DNA from: a virus
Taxonomy: Duplodnaviria > Heunggongvirae > Uroviricota > Caudoviricetes
DNA: 64,000 nt
Strand: one strand, 5' to 3'
Virus record (IMG/VR): IMGVR_UViG_3300046804_001959
The notes under the pieces are model-generated. The model was given only the letters and a program-made list of their open reading frames with translations, ran no database searches and was not told where the DNA came from. The first letter of the stretch is position 1; every line of letters starts with the position of its first letter. This document shows positions 28,459 through 38,373 of this stretch, one piece after another. Position numbers and translations under genes: made by a program.

Positions 28459-28479
28459 GATCTTCTCCTGTTGATAAGA

Positions 28480-28512
28480 TCACTCTACTCAGTTTTCGAT
28501 ATAATGTACACA
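28480..28512 (-). promoter_or_regulatory. Promoter: TGTACA-N17-TAGAGT upstream of 28216..28458
   Basis: The motif, then an RBS GGAGAAG, then ATG. Confidence 0.55.
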
Positions 28513-28530
28513 AAAAAATGGGCGACCCGA
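28502..28530 (-). terminator. Rho-independent terminator (GGGCGGCTTTCGGGTCGCCC plus T7 on the minus strand)
   Basis: GC-rich hairpin followed by a U-run, read on the minus strand. Confidence 0.55.
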
Positions 28531-28659
28531 AAGCCGCCCATCATGCGTGTAGCAGGAGGAACCCCACCTTTAACCCTGCCTATTCCAATCGTCAGTTAAG
28601 ACACTTGCCTCTTCCACGGATGAAACCGTAGATCCACGCACCACATAGTGTACAACTAT

Positions 28660-28896
28660 TTATACAAGTTCTTCACTATCCAGAGAAATTTTTGTATTAT
28701 TTTCGATAAAAAATGCAGGAGTAAACCCATCAAAACCCGCTCCGAAGTTCAGAGATCGGCAAAGCTCGCGAGCCTTTTCTACCGATAGACCACCACGAAT
28801 GGTATGTCCAGTGTTGACCTCGACCACGTCAGCGTAGACACTGGACGGGCTGTCGATGTGGGCAGTGTAGTTCTTGACCTTGTAGTTAACCATCAT
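28660..28896 (-). CDS. hypothetical protein
   Basis: 78-aa ORF immediately downstream of the helicase gene. Confidence 0.4.
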   Translation of the reverse strand: MMVNYKVKNYTAHIDSPSSVYADVVEVNTGHTIRGGLSVEKARELCRSLNFGAGFDGFTPAFFIENNTKISLDSEELV

Positions 28897-30308
28897 TTAA
28901 ACTCCGCAAACTTGTTTCGATTGAACTTGTTGACTGGCTTTGACTCATCGAGTAGGCGACTGCCTGAGCCAGAGTTGTCAAAGACAGGAACATCATCGTC
29001 TTGTAAGACATCTTCCTGTGCAGACATCTCTACGTTGTACAGTCTCATCTTCGAGTAGTCGACACCGATGACGAATCGCTTATGAACGGCAGGATCACCG
29101 TAACGATTCTTCAGCTGCTTGACCATGATCTGACCGAGCTGTCGAAGCTCGTCGCTCGTGATCAAGGCAAACATAAAGTCGGCGGTAGCTGGTAGACCGA
29201 ACGACTCTGAGGTATCCTCGAGACCGACGTCAGAGTTACTGAAACCTGAACGATTAGTCTGAGTAGCCGAGATGATGGGTACGTTGAACTCGACGGCCAA
29301 GCCACGGAGCTCTTCGGCGATCGCCTTGATGTAGGTGTACGAGTTCACGTTCGATCCCGGCTTGATCCTCGACGACGCGCAGATGTTGAGGTAATCGATG
29401 TAGATGATGTCGGGTACGAAGTTCTTCTTTATCTTCAGTTCGTTCAAGAGATGCCTGAAGTTTGCTGAGCCTGCGCATGCTGTAGGGTATTCCTTCACGA
29501 TGAGCTTGCCTTTGGCTCGCTCTTTGACTCGACCTACCAACTTGTAGTAGATGGCTTGCGGTAGTTCTTTGAGATCGTCGAGCGTAACACCGAGAAGGTT
29601 GGCATCGATACGTTCGGCGATTCTTTCTTCGGCCATTTCCATGGTGATGTACAGGACGTTCTGACCTGCCATCAAGTTATGAGCCGCGTTGTGACACATG
29701 AACAAGGACTTACCGACACCAGTACCGGCGAGAGCGATGTTCAGAGTCTTACGAGGCAGACCACCTTGAGTGATCTTGTTGAAGAAATCCAGATCGAAGC
29801 CGATACGAACTTCCTTACGATGATAGAACTCATATCGTTCTGCTGCATCATCAAGGAAGTCATGACCGATGTGTGTATCGAAAGAAACACCGAGCGCATC
29901 GGTCAGGATCTGAGGGATAGCACCGACCGAGATGCTATCCTTCTTGCTGTCGTCTACGATCTGAATGGATTTCATCAAGGCATTGTAGAGTGCCTTGTCT
30001 TTACAGAACTTCTCGGTATTATCTACGAGCCATTCGACGTCTCGATCTTCTGACTTCTGAAGACCGTTGACGAGCTCCTTCGCTGCCTTGAACTGGTCGT
30101 CAGACAGTCCGCTAGCATCGTTGAGCTCGATCTCGACGGCAGACTTTGTAGGGAAGTTGTTGTACTTCCCTACGTAGTCGTTGATGATGGAGAAGATTTT
30201 ACGTTCTACAGTGTCGGTAAAGTATTCCTCCTTGAGAAACGGGATTACCTTGCGACTGTAGTTTTCGTTTTCGAGTAAGTTAGCAAATATGACATGTTCA
30301 ATTCTCAT
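28893..30308 (-). CDS. Replicative DNA helicase (T4 gp41 / DnaB-like)
   Basis: Walker A LAGTGVGKS, ISMEMAEERIAERIDAN, SATQTNRSG...ESFGLPATADFMFA. Co-linear with T4 gp41. 471 aa. Confidence 0.88.
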   Translation of the reverse strand: MRIEHVIFANLLENENYSRKVIPFLKEEYFTDTVERKIFSIINDYVGKYNNFPTKSAVEIELNDASGLSDDQFKAAKELVNGLQKSEDRDVEWLVDNTEKFCKDKALYNALMKSIQIVDDSKKDSISVGAIPQILTDALGVSFDTHIGHDFLDDAAERYEFYHRKEVRIGFDLDFFNKITQGGLPRKTLNIALAGTGVGKSLFMCHNAAHNLMAGQNVLYITMEMAEERIAERIDANLLGVTLDDLKELPQAIYYKLVGRVKERAKGKLIVKEYPTACAGSANFRHLLNELKIKKNFVPDIIYIDYLNICASSRIKPGSNVNSYTYIKAIAEELRGLAVEFNVPIISATQTNRSGFSNSDVGLEDTSESFGLPATADFMFALITSDELRQLGQIMVKQLKNRYGDPAVHKRFVIGVDYSKMRLYNVEMSAQEDVLQDDDVPVFDNSGSGSRLLDESKPVNKFNRNKFAEFK

Positions 30309-31372
30309 TCATCCTCCATCTCGTAGACGTCTTCCACAGTGTCTTCTTGCATGATTTTGCCAGAAGCAACACGATACTTATCCTCGATGAACTTCACGAA
30401 CTTCGGGCAGATCAAGATCGGATGCCAGAAACTGAAGTTGTAGGTGTCGTTCATGCGATAAGACTTGTCGAAGATCTCGCCAGTTTCCATGTCGACCTTC
30501 TGATACCAGCCGTTCTTTGGCTTGATAACGTGGCCAGACTCGAGAGCGAGATCGAGAAGGCCAGACCACTTGCTGATACCTTCTTCCCATGTGACTTCGA
30601 TGGGGATCTTGCTCTTTTCTTTGACGAAGCGAGACTTCTCTACGTTGATGATGAAGTTGTAGCCAACGATGTCGGAACCTTCCTTCTCTTGCTGACGACC
30701 GATGATGTAGATGTTGTCAGCTGAGTAGTAGATGCCAGTACCACCGGAAACTACAGGCTTAGAGAACATTTCCTGAGTCATGTAGGTGTGGTTCACCACG
30801 ACCATCGGAATGTCCTTGAGATTGAGGTGCGGTGTCACCATACGGAACAGAGACTTGAGCTGCTTGGCTCGAGTCATGTCTGCTGCCGAATTTTGCTTGA
30901 GTGCGTCTTCGACTTCCTTCTTCGAGGCAAGGTTACCGACCGAGTCGATGACGATCATGACACGATCGCCACGGTTGATGTTCTCGAGTTGAGCCATCAC
31001 GTCGAACTTCAGCTGCTCGACATCAGTGATGGGAGTATGAAGGACACGAGACTTATCGATGCCAAAGGTATCGAAGTACGACTGCGGAGTACCGAACTCA
31101 GAGTCGTAGAACAGGACTACAGAGTCTCGATACTTGTCCATGTATGCCTTCGCCATGAGAAGGCTGAACGATGTCTTGAAGTGCTTCGAAGGACCTGCCC
31201 AAATCGTGAGGCCAGGTGTGAAGCCGCCGTTGATCTGACCTGAGAGAGCGATGTTGACTGCTGGGACCGTGGTAGGAATGAGATCCTTGGCAGTAAAGAA
31301 CTTGGAATCTTCGAGGATATCGGAATCTTTGATCGTAGTATTCTTACGTAGTTTGTTCATGAGGTCAGACAT
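30305..31372 (-). CDS. uvsX: Recombinase UvsX (RecA-like). The start is reassigned to MSDLMNKL.
   Basis: Walker A WAGPSKHFKTSF. IDSVGNLASKKE...MTRAKQLKSLFRMVTP is near-identical in layout to T4 UvsX. RBS AAGGAGA. Confidence 0.88.
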   Translation of the reverse strand: MSDLMNKLRKNTTIKDSDILEDSKFFTAKDLIPTTVPAVNIALSGQINGGFTPGLTIWAGPSKHFKTSFSLLMAKAYMDKYRDSVVLFYDSEFGTPQSYFDTFGIDKSRVLHTPITDVEQLKFDVMAQLENINRGDRVMIVIDSVGNLASKKEVEDALKQNSAADMTRAKQLKSLFRMVTPHLNLKDIPMVVVNHTYMTQEMFSKPVVSGGTGIYYSADNIYIIGRQQEKEGSDIVGYNFIINVEKSRFVKEKSKIPIEVTWEEGISKWSGLLDLALESGHVIKPKNGWYQKVDMETGEIFDKSYRMNDTYNFSFWHPILICPKFVKFIEDKYRVASGKIMQEDTVEDVYEMEDE

Positions 31373-31394
31373 AAATTCTCCTTGCAATATTGTC

Positions 31395-31432
31395 CAGTAT
31401 AATCGATGTGTGGTTATTTGTACACCGGTAAT
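31395..31432 (-). promoter_or_regulatory. Promoter: TGTACA-N17-TATACT upstream of uvsX
   Basis: The spacing is identical to the other copies. RBS AAGGAGA. Confidence 0.6.
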
Positions 31433-32061
31433 TCCATCGCCCAGTTAACTTCTGCTTTATTAATATTATACTCTTCACCGATGGTTCCTTTAATCCATAC
31501 ATTGTAAGGCATGCAAATTCGCAGATGATTACTTCGTGTGGGAGGTACTGCATGATATAGATCCGGCGGGAATATGTATAAGTCTCCCGACGTGCACGGC
31601 ATTCTACGTGATTCTTCGTTTCGATGGTTTACATTCTGCGAAGGCAACCATATCTGCTTGAAACGAGAGTAGTTGATGAAGTCGATAGCATCGTCCATCC
31701 CATTGCCGTTGAAGTAGAACACACCTGACAAGATGCAGTTCTGATGGCAATGCGGTGTGTGCTGTGCACCTGGTTCGTTGTAAGTGAACCATGAGTTGGT
31801 AATGTTAAACTCCACCGACGGTGGAGGTGACATGATCTCATTGATATAGATCGACGTATGATGTCTGATAAAGTCTTTGATACCGATCAGCTCATGATGG
31901 TATCGATCTAGCACATATCGTTCGAGACTGAGACGATGCGGGCCTGTTCGATCACACATCTCTTCAGGCGCATGCGTCAATGCGATTGCCATCTCTTCCT
32001 GAGTAATCTCACGACCGATGTTGGCATGATACACCGACACCGGAAACAAATCATGGAACAT
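31414..32061 (-). CDS. 2OG-Fe(II) oxygenase-like protein (phage TIGR02466-like family)
   Basis: HTPHCHQNC...GDLYIFPPDLYHAV gives an HxH...H arrangement on a predicted jelly-roll. 215 aa. Confidence 0.45.
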   Translation of the reverse strand: MFHDLFPVSVYHANIGREITQEEMAIALTHAPEEMCDRTGPHRLSLERYVLDRYHHELIGIKDFIRHHTSIYINEIMSPPPSVEFNITNSWFTYNEPGAQHTPHCHQNCILSGVFYFNGNGMDDAIDFINYSRFKQIWLPSQNVNHRNEESRRMPCTSGDLYIFPPDLYHAVPPTRSNHLRICMPYNVWIKGTIGEEYNINKAEVNWAMELPVYK

Positions 32062-32303
32062 TAGCTACTCAGTATCTTGTTCAGACGAGTAATAAACTGA
32101 TCGATCTTGGCAGCACGATTTGGCCAGTTGATGATCGGGTTCTTGTCTGCATCCTTCTGGAGGTTTTTGAGTAGAGGCATGATGGCATCGTACATTGCTT
32201 GAGCCTTGTCGTTGCCTTCTTGTTTAAAATCGTCTTCAGATCCGGTCGTGAAACCAAAATCAAAGTCTAAGTCTAAGTCGATGTTTGCCATTAGTTGAAC
32301 CAA
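32061..32303 (-). CDS. hypothetical protein
   Basis: 80-aa ORF just downstream of the polymerase gene. Confidence 0.4.
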   Translation of the reverse strand: MVQLMANIDLDLDFDFGFTTGSEDDFKQEGNDKAQAMYDAIMPLLKNLQKDADKNPIINWPNRAAKIDQFITRLNKILSS

Positions 32304-34798
32304 TCCTCGAGTGTTGCGCGTTTCTCTACTTGCCAGCCAAGAGTGGTAGCGATGGATTCGATGGGCTTGAGATAGCCTTTCTCGAACTGAAGATCGTAGT
32401 CGATGTAGTCGTTCATCTTGAACTCAGCAGGCATACCGTTGGGACAAGAGATCACGTAGTCCTTTGCGGGATTGGGATTCTTGAGGTATACGTACTTGAT
32501 CTTCTCGCCGCTGGCAATGGTTTCATATTTATTCGTGAGCTTCAACTTCTTGAGCATCTCGTTGTAGATTACTGAGCCACGAACATGGATAGGTGTCTGA
32601 CTCTGAAAGTTGCCACGAACCCAATACTTCTCGATGTCCTTAACTGAGGAGGTGAAAGCGATGTCTTCGAACGAGAGTTGACGGAACTTTTCCTTGAACT
32701 CTCCTACAAACTTCTGAAGATCTGATTCGTTTCCATCCATGATGATCTCGAGCGACTTCTTAATGTTTGCACGACATGCAGTGGGAGTGGACGAACGAAC
32801 AGCTTCGATGCCCATCATCTTCAGCTTCGGCTTCTCGTACTCGACTCCTTCGGAGTTCCATACGTTGAGGATGTACATCTTCTTGGCTTTCCAGATGCCC
32901 TTGTTAGCGATGTTCTCTCGCTTCATCTGCATCTTCTGCTCGTAGGCATGCATGTAGGTAGCCAACTCTTGATAAGAGCGGTCGATGTACGGCTCGATCT
33001 TTTCCTTACAGATCTTGTCGAGGTACTGCACGACCTTCTTGGTTTCAGGTACATCTTCACCGAACACGTTCTTCACGAGATATTCGAGAGACACATAGAT
33101 CGAGTCGGTATCTGATGCGATGACATAATCGAAGTTTTCTGTCTTCAGGATCTTGTTGAGATACTCGTTGATCTTGTTCTCGATCCAACGAATGCTCAGC
33201 TGACCAGAAGTGGTGATGGCTTCGGCGTTGTTCACATCGAACCAACGGAACCACTTGTTACCAAGAGCACCATAAGCCGAGTTCAGCTGAATCTTCTTGG
33301 CCATCTGCATGTTATCGAGACGAGCAATTTCCTTGACGAGTTTCGGATCCTTCGTCTTCTCGTATTCCTTCTTACACTCGATCATCTGCTTCTTGTACTT
33401 GGTACGATCGTTGTACATGCGATCCATCAGACTCGGTAAGAAGCCACGCTTGGACTTATCATATATACAAAGGTTGGCGGCGATAGTGCAGTTCGTCTTA
33501 TCAAGATAGTCACCGAACTGACTAGCGCCACCAACAAGTAGGTCGTCGATCGACACCTTATCTTTCAAGCGAGTGACAAGAGTCTCGGGGGAGATGTTGT
33601 ACTGCATGATAAGGTGTGGGTAAAGGGAGTTCAAATCGAACGACACAACCCATTTGCTCATACCGATCTTTGGTTCCTTAACGTAACCACCTACGAAGGC
33701 CCGATCCGGTTTGTTCTTGTCGTTCTGAGGAACGACGATGTTCTTGTTCATCAGGTAGTTGTGAGTGATAACGTCCCACTGCCGAACGGTAGCGAGAGTA
33801 TCCTCGTAGTTGACCTTGGCATCGTAAGCCAATGCCATCACCAACTCGATGAGCTTCAGCTTGTCTTCGAGTCGCTCGACGATCTCAACGTCTCGAATGT
33901 TGTACTCGATGTAACGTTGGAAGTTACGCAGACGTAGATCGTCGAGGTTCTCGTAGCCTTCATCACGATAGTCTACCTTACCTTCACCTAGCTCAACGTG
34001 AGCGATGTAGTCAAGGCGGTAGGACTCTTGCTGAGTGTATGTAAACTTCTTGTACAGCTGAATGTAGTCAAGCACGGCGATTCCAACAGGAGTGTAGATG
34101 GTGCTCTTGCGTCCACGGATTTCGACGTTGTGCTCACGAAGGATTTTCCATGGCGAGAGACGTTCAGCGTGATCGCCTCCAAGAACCTTTCGAATCCTGT
34201 TGACAAGATATGGAATGTCGAAGAACTCGATGTTCCAACCGGTGACAACGTCAGGCGAATAGAGTGATCCGTTCCAGACTTCGAGAAAGGCGAGTAGGAG
34301 AGCAGATTCGTCTGCGCACTTGTAGTATTGTACATTGTCTTGATGCTCCTTGTATTCGCCGCAACCAAAGACAGTCTTTCTACCATTGCGGCCGATGGTA
34401 ATAGCTGTAACTTCATTGTCTGCCTTCTCGATATCGGGGAAACCACCTTCAGCGGTGGTCTCGATGTCGATCGAGCAAACGGAAACGAGAGCGGGATCGT
34501 ACTTGATCTCGCCCTTGTAGTTGTCATAAATATACATGTACGGCCAATCAGACAAGCCATAGATGTTCATGCCTGCAACGCCTTCATAGTTTTGAAGGAA
34601 TTCACGGGCTTCAGACATCGAGTCGAAGTCCATTCGACCAACGTACTCACCTTTCAGGTTCTTGTACTCAGTCTGTGCATTTGCTTGAACGAATAAATAA
34701 GGCTTGTATTTGGCCGAAAACTTTACGGGTTTACCATCCGATATTCCGCGGACGAGGATATGATTACGATGACGTGTGATGTTCGTGTAAAATTTCAT
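32291..34798 (-). CDS. Family B DNA polymerase (T4 gp43-like) with a 3-prime-5-prime exonuclease domain
   Basis: Exo I SIDIETT, Exo II TGWNIEFFDIPYL, Exo III YNIRDVE. Pol motifs DLNSLYPHLI, KIQLNSAYGALG, ASDTDSIYV, KKMYIL. 835 aa. Confidence 0.95.
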   Translation of the reverse strand: MKFYTNITRHRNHILVRGISDGKPVKFSAKYKPYLFVQANAQTEYKNLKGEYVGRMDFDSMSEAREFLQNYEGVAGMNIYGLSDWPYMYIYDNYKGEIKYDPALVSVCSIDIETTAEGGFPDIEKADNEVTAITIGRNGRKTVFGCGEYKEHQDNVQYYKCADESALLLAFLEVWNGSLYSPDVVTGWNIEFFDIPYLVNRIRKVLGGDHAERLSPWKILREHNVEIRGRKSTIYTPVGIAVLDYIQLYKKFTYTQQESYRLDYIAHVELGEGKVDYRDEGYENLDDLRLRNFQRYIEYNIRDVEIVERLEDKLKLIELVMALAYDAKVNYEDTLATVRQWDVITHNYLMNKNIVVPQNDKNKPDRAFVGGYVKEPKIGMSKWVVSFDLNSLYPHLIMQYNISPETLVTRLKDKVSIDDLLVGGASQFGDYLDKTNCTIAANLCIYDKSKRGFLPSLMDRMYNDRTKYKKQMIECKKEYEKTKDPKLVKEIARLDNMQMAKKIQLNSAYGALGNKWFRWFDVNNAEAITTSGQLSIRWIENKINEYLNKILKTENFDYVIASDTDSIYVSLEYLVKNVFGEDVPETKKVVQYLDKICKEKIEPYIDRSYQELATYMHAYEQKMQMKRENIANKGIWKAKKMYILNVWNSEGVEYEKPKLKMMGIEAVRSSTPTACRANIKKSLEIIMDGNESDLQKFVGEFKEKFRQLSFEDIAFTSSVKDIEKYWVRGNFQSQTPIHVRGSVIYNEMLKKLKLTNKYETIASGEKIKYVYLKNPNPAKDYVISCPNGMPAEFKMNDYIDYDLQFEKGYLKPIESIATTLGWQVEKRATLEDWFN

Positions 34799-34872
34799 GA
34801 GGTCTCCAGTATCGGCTCATTATTAGTTATAACCAGACCGCGAATTAAAGTAAACAGCAAAGGCAAGAAAAA

Positions 34873-36045
34873 ATGCAACTGACTGAACATTTTACCCTCG
34901 AAGAGATGACTGTATCGCCTACTGCGAAGAAGCTCGGTCTTTCGAACCAACCAACTCCTGAACATATCGAAAACATGAAGTACTGCTGCGAGAAGATCCT
35001 CGAACCAGTTCGTGCACACTTCGGCAAGCCGGTAAAGATCAACTCATCTTATCGTTCGCCTCTCGTCAACAAGGCAGTCGGCGGATCGAAGACATCACAA
35101 CATGTCAACGGTCAAGCTATTGACTTTGAGATCGAAGGTATCGATAACAAAACAGTCGCTGACTGGGTTGCTGACAACCTCGAGTTCGATCAAGTGATCC
35201 TCGAATTCTACACTGCTGGTGATAAGAATTCTGGTTGGGTACACGCTTCGATCAAGAAGGAAGGTGGCAATCGGAAACAACGTCTGATAGCGACAAAATC
35301 AAAGGCGGGCGGGACTGTTTACAAGCCTGTTGCTGACTTTGATCCTTCGACTCTACCTGGTCAATCTCAGCCAGCAGCTCCCGCAGCCCGGCGTCAAGCC
35401 ACTGCTCCAGCTCCTGCCGCTCAATCTGGTCTCGGTCCATTAGCACAACTCCAAGCTAAATGCGGCTTAACGCCTGATGGTAAATGGGGACAGGGTACTT
35501 ATCGTGCAGCACGTGACTACTTCAAGCTAACGAATGCACAAGCTGCTCACTTCTTCGGCCAGTGTGCACACGAGTCGAACAACTTCAAGGCATTCTCTGA
35601 GAATCTAAACTACTCTGCTCAAGGTCTACAAGGAATCTTCAAGAAGTACTTCCCGAACGCAGCTATCGCCGCTCAGTATGCTCGTAAGCCAGAGAAGATC
35701 GCTAACAAGGTATACGGTGGTCGCATGGGTAACGGACCAGAATCGAGCGGAGACGGCTACAAGTATCGTGGACGCGGACCAATTCAGCTGACCGGAAAGG
35801 ATAACTACACCGCATTCTCTCAAGCAGTTGGTCGTCCGGATGTTCTGACAAACCCAGATCTTGTTGCAGGCGAGTTGGCTTTCGAGTCAGCATTGTGGTT
35901 CTTCCGTAAGAATGGTCTATTGGCTATCGCTGATAAGGGAACATCAGTTCCTGTGATCACACAGATCTCGAAGCGAGTCAACGGAGGAACGATCGGTCTA
36001 GATGATCGAATCAAGAAGACTCAACAGTTCTTCGCATGGGGATAA
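34873..36045 (+). CDS. Two-domain endolysin: N-terminal peptidase M15 (VanY-like), linker, then C-terminal GH19 lysozyme/chitinase-like domain
   Basis: M15 motifs SSYRSPLVNKAVGGSKTSQHVNGQAIDFEI. A Pro/Ala-rich linker. GH19 motifs GQCAHESNNFK, YRGRGPIQLTGKDNY. The only convincing plus-strand gene. Confidence 0.75.
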   Translation: MQLTEHFTLEEMTVSPTAKKLGLSNQPTPEHIENMKYCCEKILEPVRAHFGKPVKINSSYRSPLVNKAVGGSKTSQHVNGQAIDFEIEGIDNKTVADWVADNLEFDQVILEFYTAGDKNSGWVHASIKKEGGNRKQRLIATKSKAGGTVYKPVADFDPSTLPGQSQPAAPAARRQATAPAPAAQSGLGPLAQLQAKCGLTPDGKWGQGTYRAARDYFKLTNAQAAHFFGQCAHESNNFKAFSENLNYSAQGLQGIFKKYFPNAAIAAQYARKPEKIANKVYGGRMGNGPESSGDGYKYRGRGPIQLTGKDNYTAFSQAVGRPDVLTNPDLVAGELAFESALWFFRKNGLLAIADKGTSVPVITQISKRVNGGTIGLDDRIKKTQQFFAWG

Positions 36046-36050
36046 ATTGA

Positions 36051-36078
36051 AGGGGACCGAAAGGTCCCCTTCTTTTTT
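36051..36078 (+). terminator. Rho-independent terminator after the endolysin gene
   Basis: AGGGGACCGAAAGGTCCCCT followed by TCTTTTTT. Confidence 0.65.
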
Positions 36079-36170
36079 ATAGTGCTAGAATAGCGTACAA
36101 ACAAAATGCACACATAGCAGCCACGCTCAGATGAGCAGCCCGAGAAACGGGCAGTATAAGATTAGACATT

Positions 36171-36704
36171 TTACTTTTCCTTACGTTCTGCTAGAAATTC
36201 TGCAGTCGAAGGAGCAGCAGATGTTTCCTCTTCAGTATCGATTTCTACCTTCTTCGGCTTCTTGTGTTCTGGAATGATAGCTTCAAGAGCGATCTTCAGA
36301 ATGCCGTTCAGGAGCGAGGCACCACGAATCTCGACATTATCTGCGAGACTGAAGGTGCGTGTGAAAGGACGCATAGCGAGTCCTTGATGTAGGATCTGAG
36401 GCCAAGTCCATTCACCGCGAGAGTCTTGCTCTGCTGGTTCACCTGACTTGACATTACCCTTGATGATGAGCTTGTCATCGACGATCTCGATCTCGAGATC
36501 TTGCTTACCGAAACCGGCTACTGCCATCTCGATAGTGTATCGATTGTCATCGATCTTTTTGAGATTATATGGAGGATATTTGGTGGCCAGCTTTGCAGTT
36601 TCGTCTGCTACTGTTGCCATTCTTTCGGCGACCTTATCGAATCCGACAAAGAAACGATCAAGGTCCTTAAACGTGTGGTTGAAGTCCCAACCTGCCATAT
36701 GCAT
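36171..36704 (-). CDS. Small heat-shock protein (Hsp20/alpha-crystallin family)
   Basis: YNLKKIDDNRYTIEMAVAGFGKQDLEIEIVDDKLIIKG...NGILKIAL is an alpha-crystallin domain. Confidence 0.75.
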   Translation of the reverse strand: MHMAGWDFNHTFKDLDRFFVGFDKVAERMATVADETAKLATKYPPYNLKKIDDNRYTIEMAVAGFGKQDLEIEIVDDKLIIKGNVKSGEPAEQDSRGEWTWPQILHQGLAMRPFTRTFSLADNVEIRGASLLNGILKIALEAIIPEHKKPKKVEIDTEEETSAAPSTAEFLAERKEK

Positions 36705-36732
36705 TCTCCTTATTAAGCGAGTTTATGTGATG

Positions 36733-37176
36733 TCACCCATTAGGCGTGACGGGTTTATTTATAAGATAAAGTTGGACGCCGGCTTCAAGAAACATCTGTT
36801 TTGTAACGTGCCAGTTAAAATGTGGGACATCATCGATAGGTTGATACGAGATCACCTTCTTGATGCCCTTCTGAATGATAGACTTCGCACACTCGTTGCA
36901 TGGAAGCAGTGGACTGTACAGCGTGCAGCCTTCTACTGAGAGCGGAGCGTTGTCGAGTGCATTACGTTCTGCGTGTGCTACGAAGAGGTGCTTCGTCGGT
37001 CGGTCAGCATATCTCTCTACGAGATCCTTCACTCCACGAGGAAATCCGTTGAAACCAACAGATACGATACGATTCTGCTTGTCGACGATCACGCATCCAA
37101 CCTGTGTAGTAGGATCCTTCGACCACGTGGCAATATGATCGGCGAGATCAAGAAAACGTTCAGACCACTTACTCAT
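36733..37176 (-). CDS. dCMP deaminase (cytidine/deoxycytidylate deaminase family)
   Basis: HAERNA (H-A-E zinc ligand) and PCNECA (PCxxC). Confidence 0.85.
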   Translation of the reverse strand: MSKWSERFLDLADHIATWSKDPTTQVGCVIVDKQNRIVSVGFNGFPRGVKDLVERYADRPTKHLFVAHAERNALDNAPLSVEGCTLYSPLLPCNECAKSIIQKGIKKVISYQPIDDVPHFNWHVTKQMFLEAGVQLYLINKPVTPNG

Positions 37177-37658
37177 TTCTTACCTGCTTTCAAAATACGT
37201 TCGCGAAGGGCCGACGAACTATAACTATGCTTGCGTGGGCAATAGTGAATTGGAATATCAAGATCAGATCCAGTAAAGTCAGTACGACCGACGTAGTCTT
37301 CACCAAGGAAACGAATGTCCCAGTCATAACCTACAAGCATATTGTAAAGATCTGCTTCAGTGTCGTACGGAACGACCTGATCAACATACTCGCACGACTC
37401 GACCTGCACAAAGCGCTCGAACAATCCTTGAATAGGCTTGTTCTTTTCAGGTCGATCGAGAGTAGGATCTGACTGAAGAGCTACTACCAAACGATCACAG
37501 TGCTGCTTAGCATCATACAACATGAGAACATGACCTGCATGGAACAGATCGAAGCAACTCGCTACGATTCCTACGCGTTCAGCCATTCTGCAATTACTCC
37601 GATTATAATGATAAAGGCAAGAAGACCCAAGCAACCCGTACCAGTTAAACCTTCCCAC
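37173..37658 (-). CDS. Cytidylyltransferase-like nucleotidyltransferase (second HxGH protein). The likely start is MAERVGIV.
   Basis: GIVASCFDLFHAGHVLML resembles the TagD/RfaE-domain-II signature. Confidence 0.55.
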   Translation of the reverse strand: MGRFNWYGLLGSSCLYHYNRSNCRMAERVGIVASCFDLFHAGHVLMLYDAKQHCDRLVVALQSDPTLDRPEKNKPIQGLFERFVQVESCEYVDQVVPYDTEADLYNMLVGYDWDIRFLGEDYVGRTDFTGSDLDIPIHYCPRKHSYSSSALRERILKAGKK

Positions 37659-37679
37659 ATCTCACGCTGACGTGGATGA

Positions 37680-37889
37680 TTAGTCATACTCTACACCAGG
37701 ATCTTGCTTACGACCAGAATGATGATCGTCAGATACGCAAACGAGTTGAACGGTCGACTTCTTATACATTCTGGCAACAGTTTCCATCGAGGCGTAACAT
37801 GTAGCTTCGTCTTTGTACTGAATTTCCTTCTTGGAGATAAAATCACCATGCGAATTCATTAGAAATACGATCAGCCAGAACTTCATCAC
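37680..37889 (-). CDS. Small protein, paralogue A of a tandem pair (N-terminus MMKFWLIVFLMNSHG)
   Basis: 69 aa with a hydrophobic N-terminus. Paralogous to 37886..38086. Confidence 0.4.
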   Translation of the reverse strand: MMKFWLIVFLMNSHGDFISKKEIQYKDEATCYASMETVARMYKKSTVQLVCVSDDHHSGRKQDPGVEYD

Positions 37890-38086
37890 TTTGCCTCCAG
37901 GACATGACGATACTCATCGTCACTGATGCAGTGCATCTGCAGACTCAACTGGGTGTTCAGATGAACGCGAGCCACTTCGCCGGCGAACGCTTCACACTGC
38001 TGACGATCTGCCGCTTCGTAAACGTCCTTGGCCTGCATCTGACCATGAACGTCGAACAGGTATACGATCAACCAGAACTTCATCAC
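37886..38086 (-). CDS. Small protein, paralogue B of the tandem pair (N-terminus MMKFWLIVYLFDVHG)
   Basis: 66 aa. Shares the N-terminal 15 aa and the ...CxSDD... pattern with paralogue A. Confidence 0.4.
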   Translation of the reverse strand: MMKFWLIVYLFDVHGQMQAKDVYEAADRQQCEAFAGEVARVHLNTQLSLQMHCISDDEYRHVLEAK

Positions 38087-38373
38087 TTGATCTCCACGAG
38101 GTTGGACGGAGCGGCGCAGAAGCTACCTGCATCAGTACGAACCTTGATCATACCGGCAAGGAAACATGCCTTCGTCTCGGCCTCACTCTTATCGAGACCG
38201 AGCAGAGCTACGTAGAACAACGCAGAACAGGCGACGACCATGAAACCGCCGAAGCTGAACACCGAGTTGAAAACGTTCTTCACAATATCCTTCATAACAA
38301 AATCCTTTTTGATTAACGGTTCATCCACTTTGCGAAAAGACCGACTTCTCGGCCGTAGGCTTCGATCTCCCAC
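38083..38373 (-). CDS. Small membrane protein. The likely start is MKDIVKNV.
   Basis: Contains the TM segment FGGFMVVACSALFYVALLGL. Confidence 0.35.
   Translation of the reverse strand: MGDRSLRPRSRSFRKVDEPLIKKDFVMKDIVKNVFNSVFSFGGFMVVACSALFYVALLGLDKSEAETKACFLAGMIKVRTDAGSFCAAPSNLVEIK

Noticed and set aside
34300-34340. TGTACA-containing sequences inside coding regions (34318, 62147, 61383)
   Set aside because: They lack the conserved flanks (GGG...ATATTTCGAAAA) and the N17 TAnnnT partner. Probably chance hexamer occurrences.
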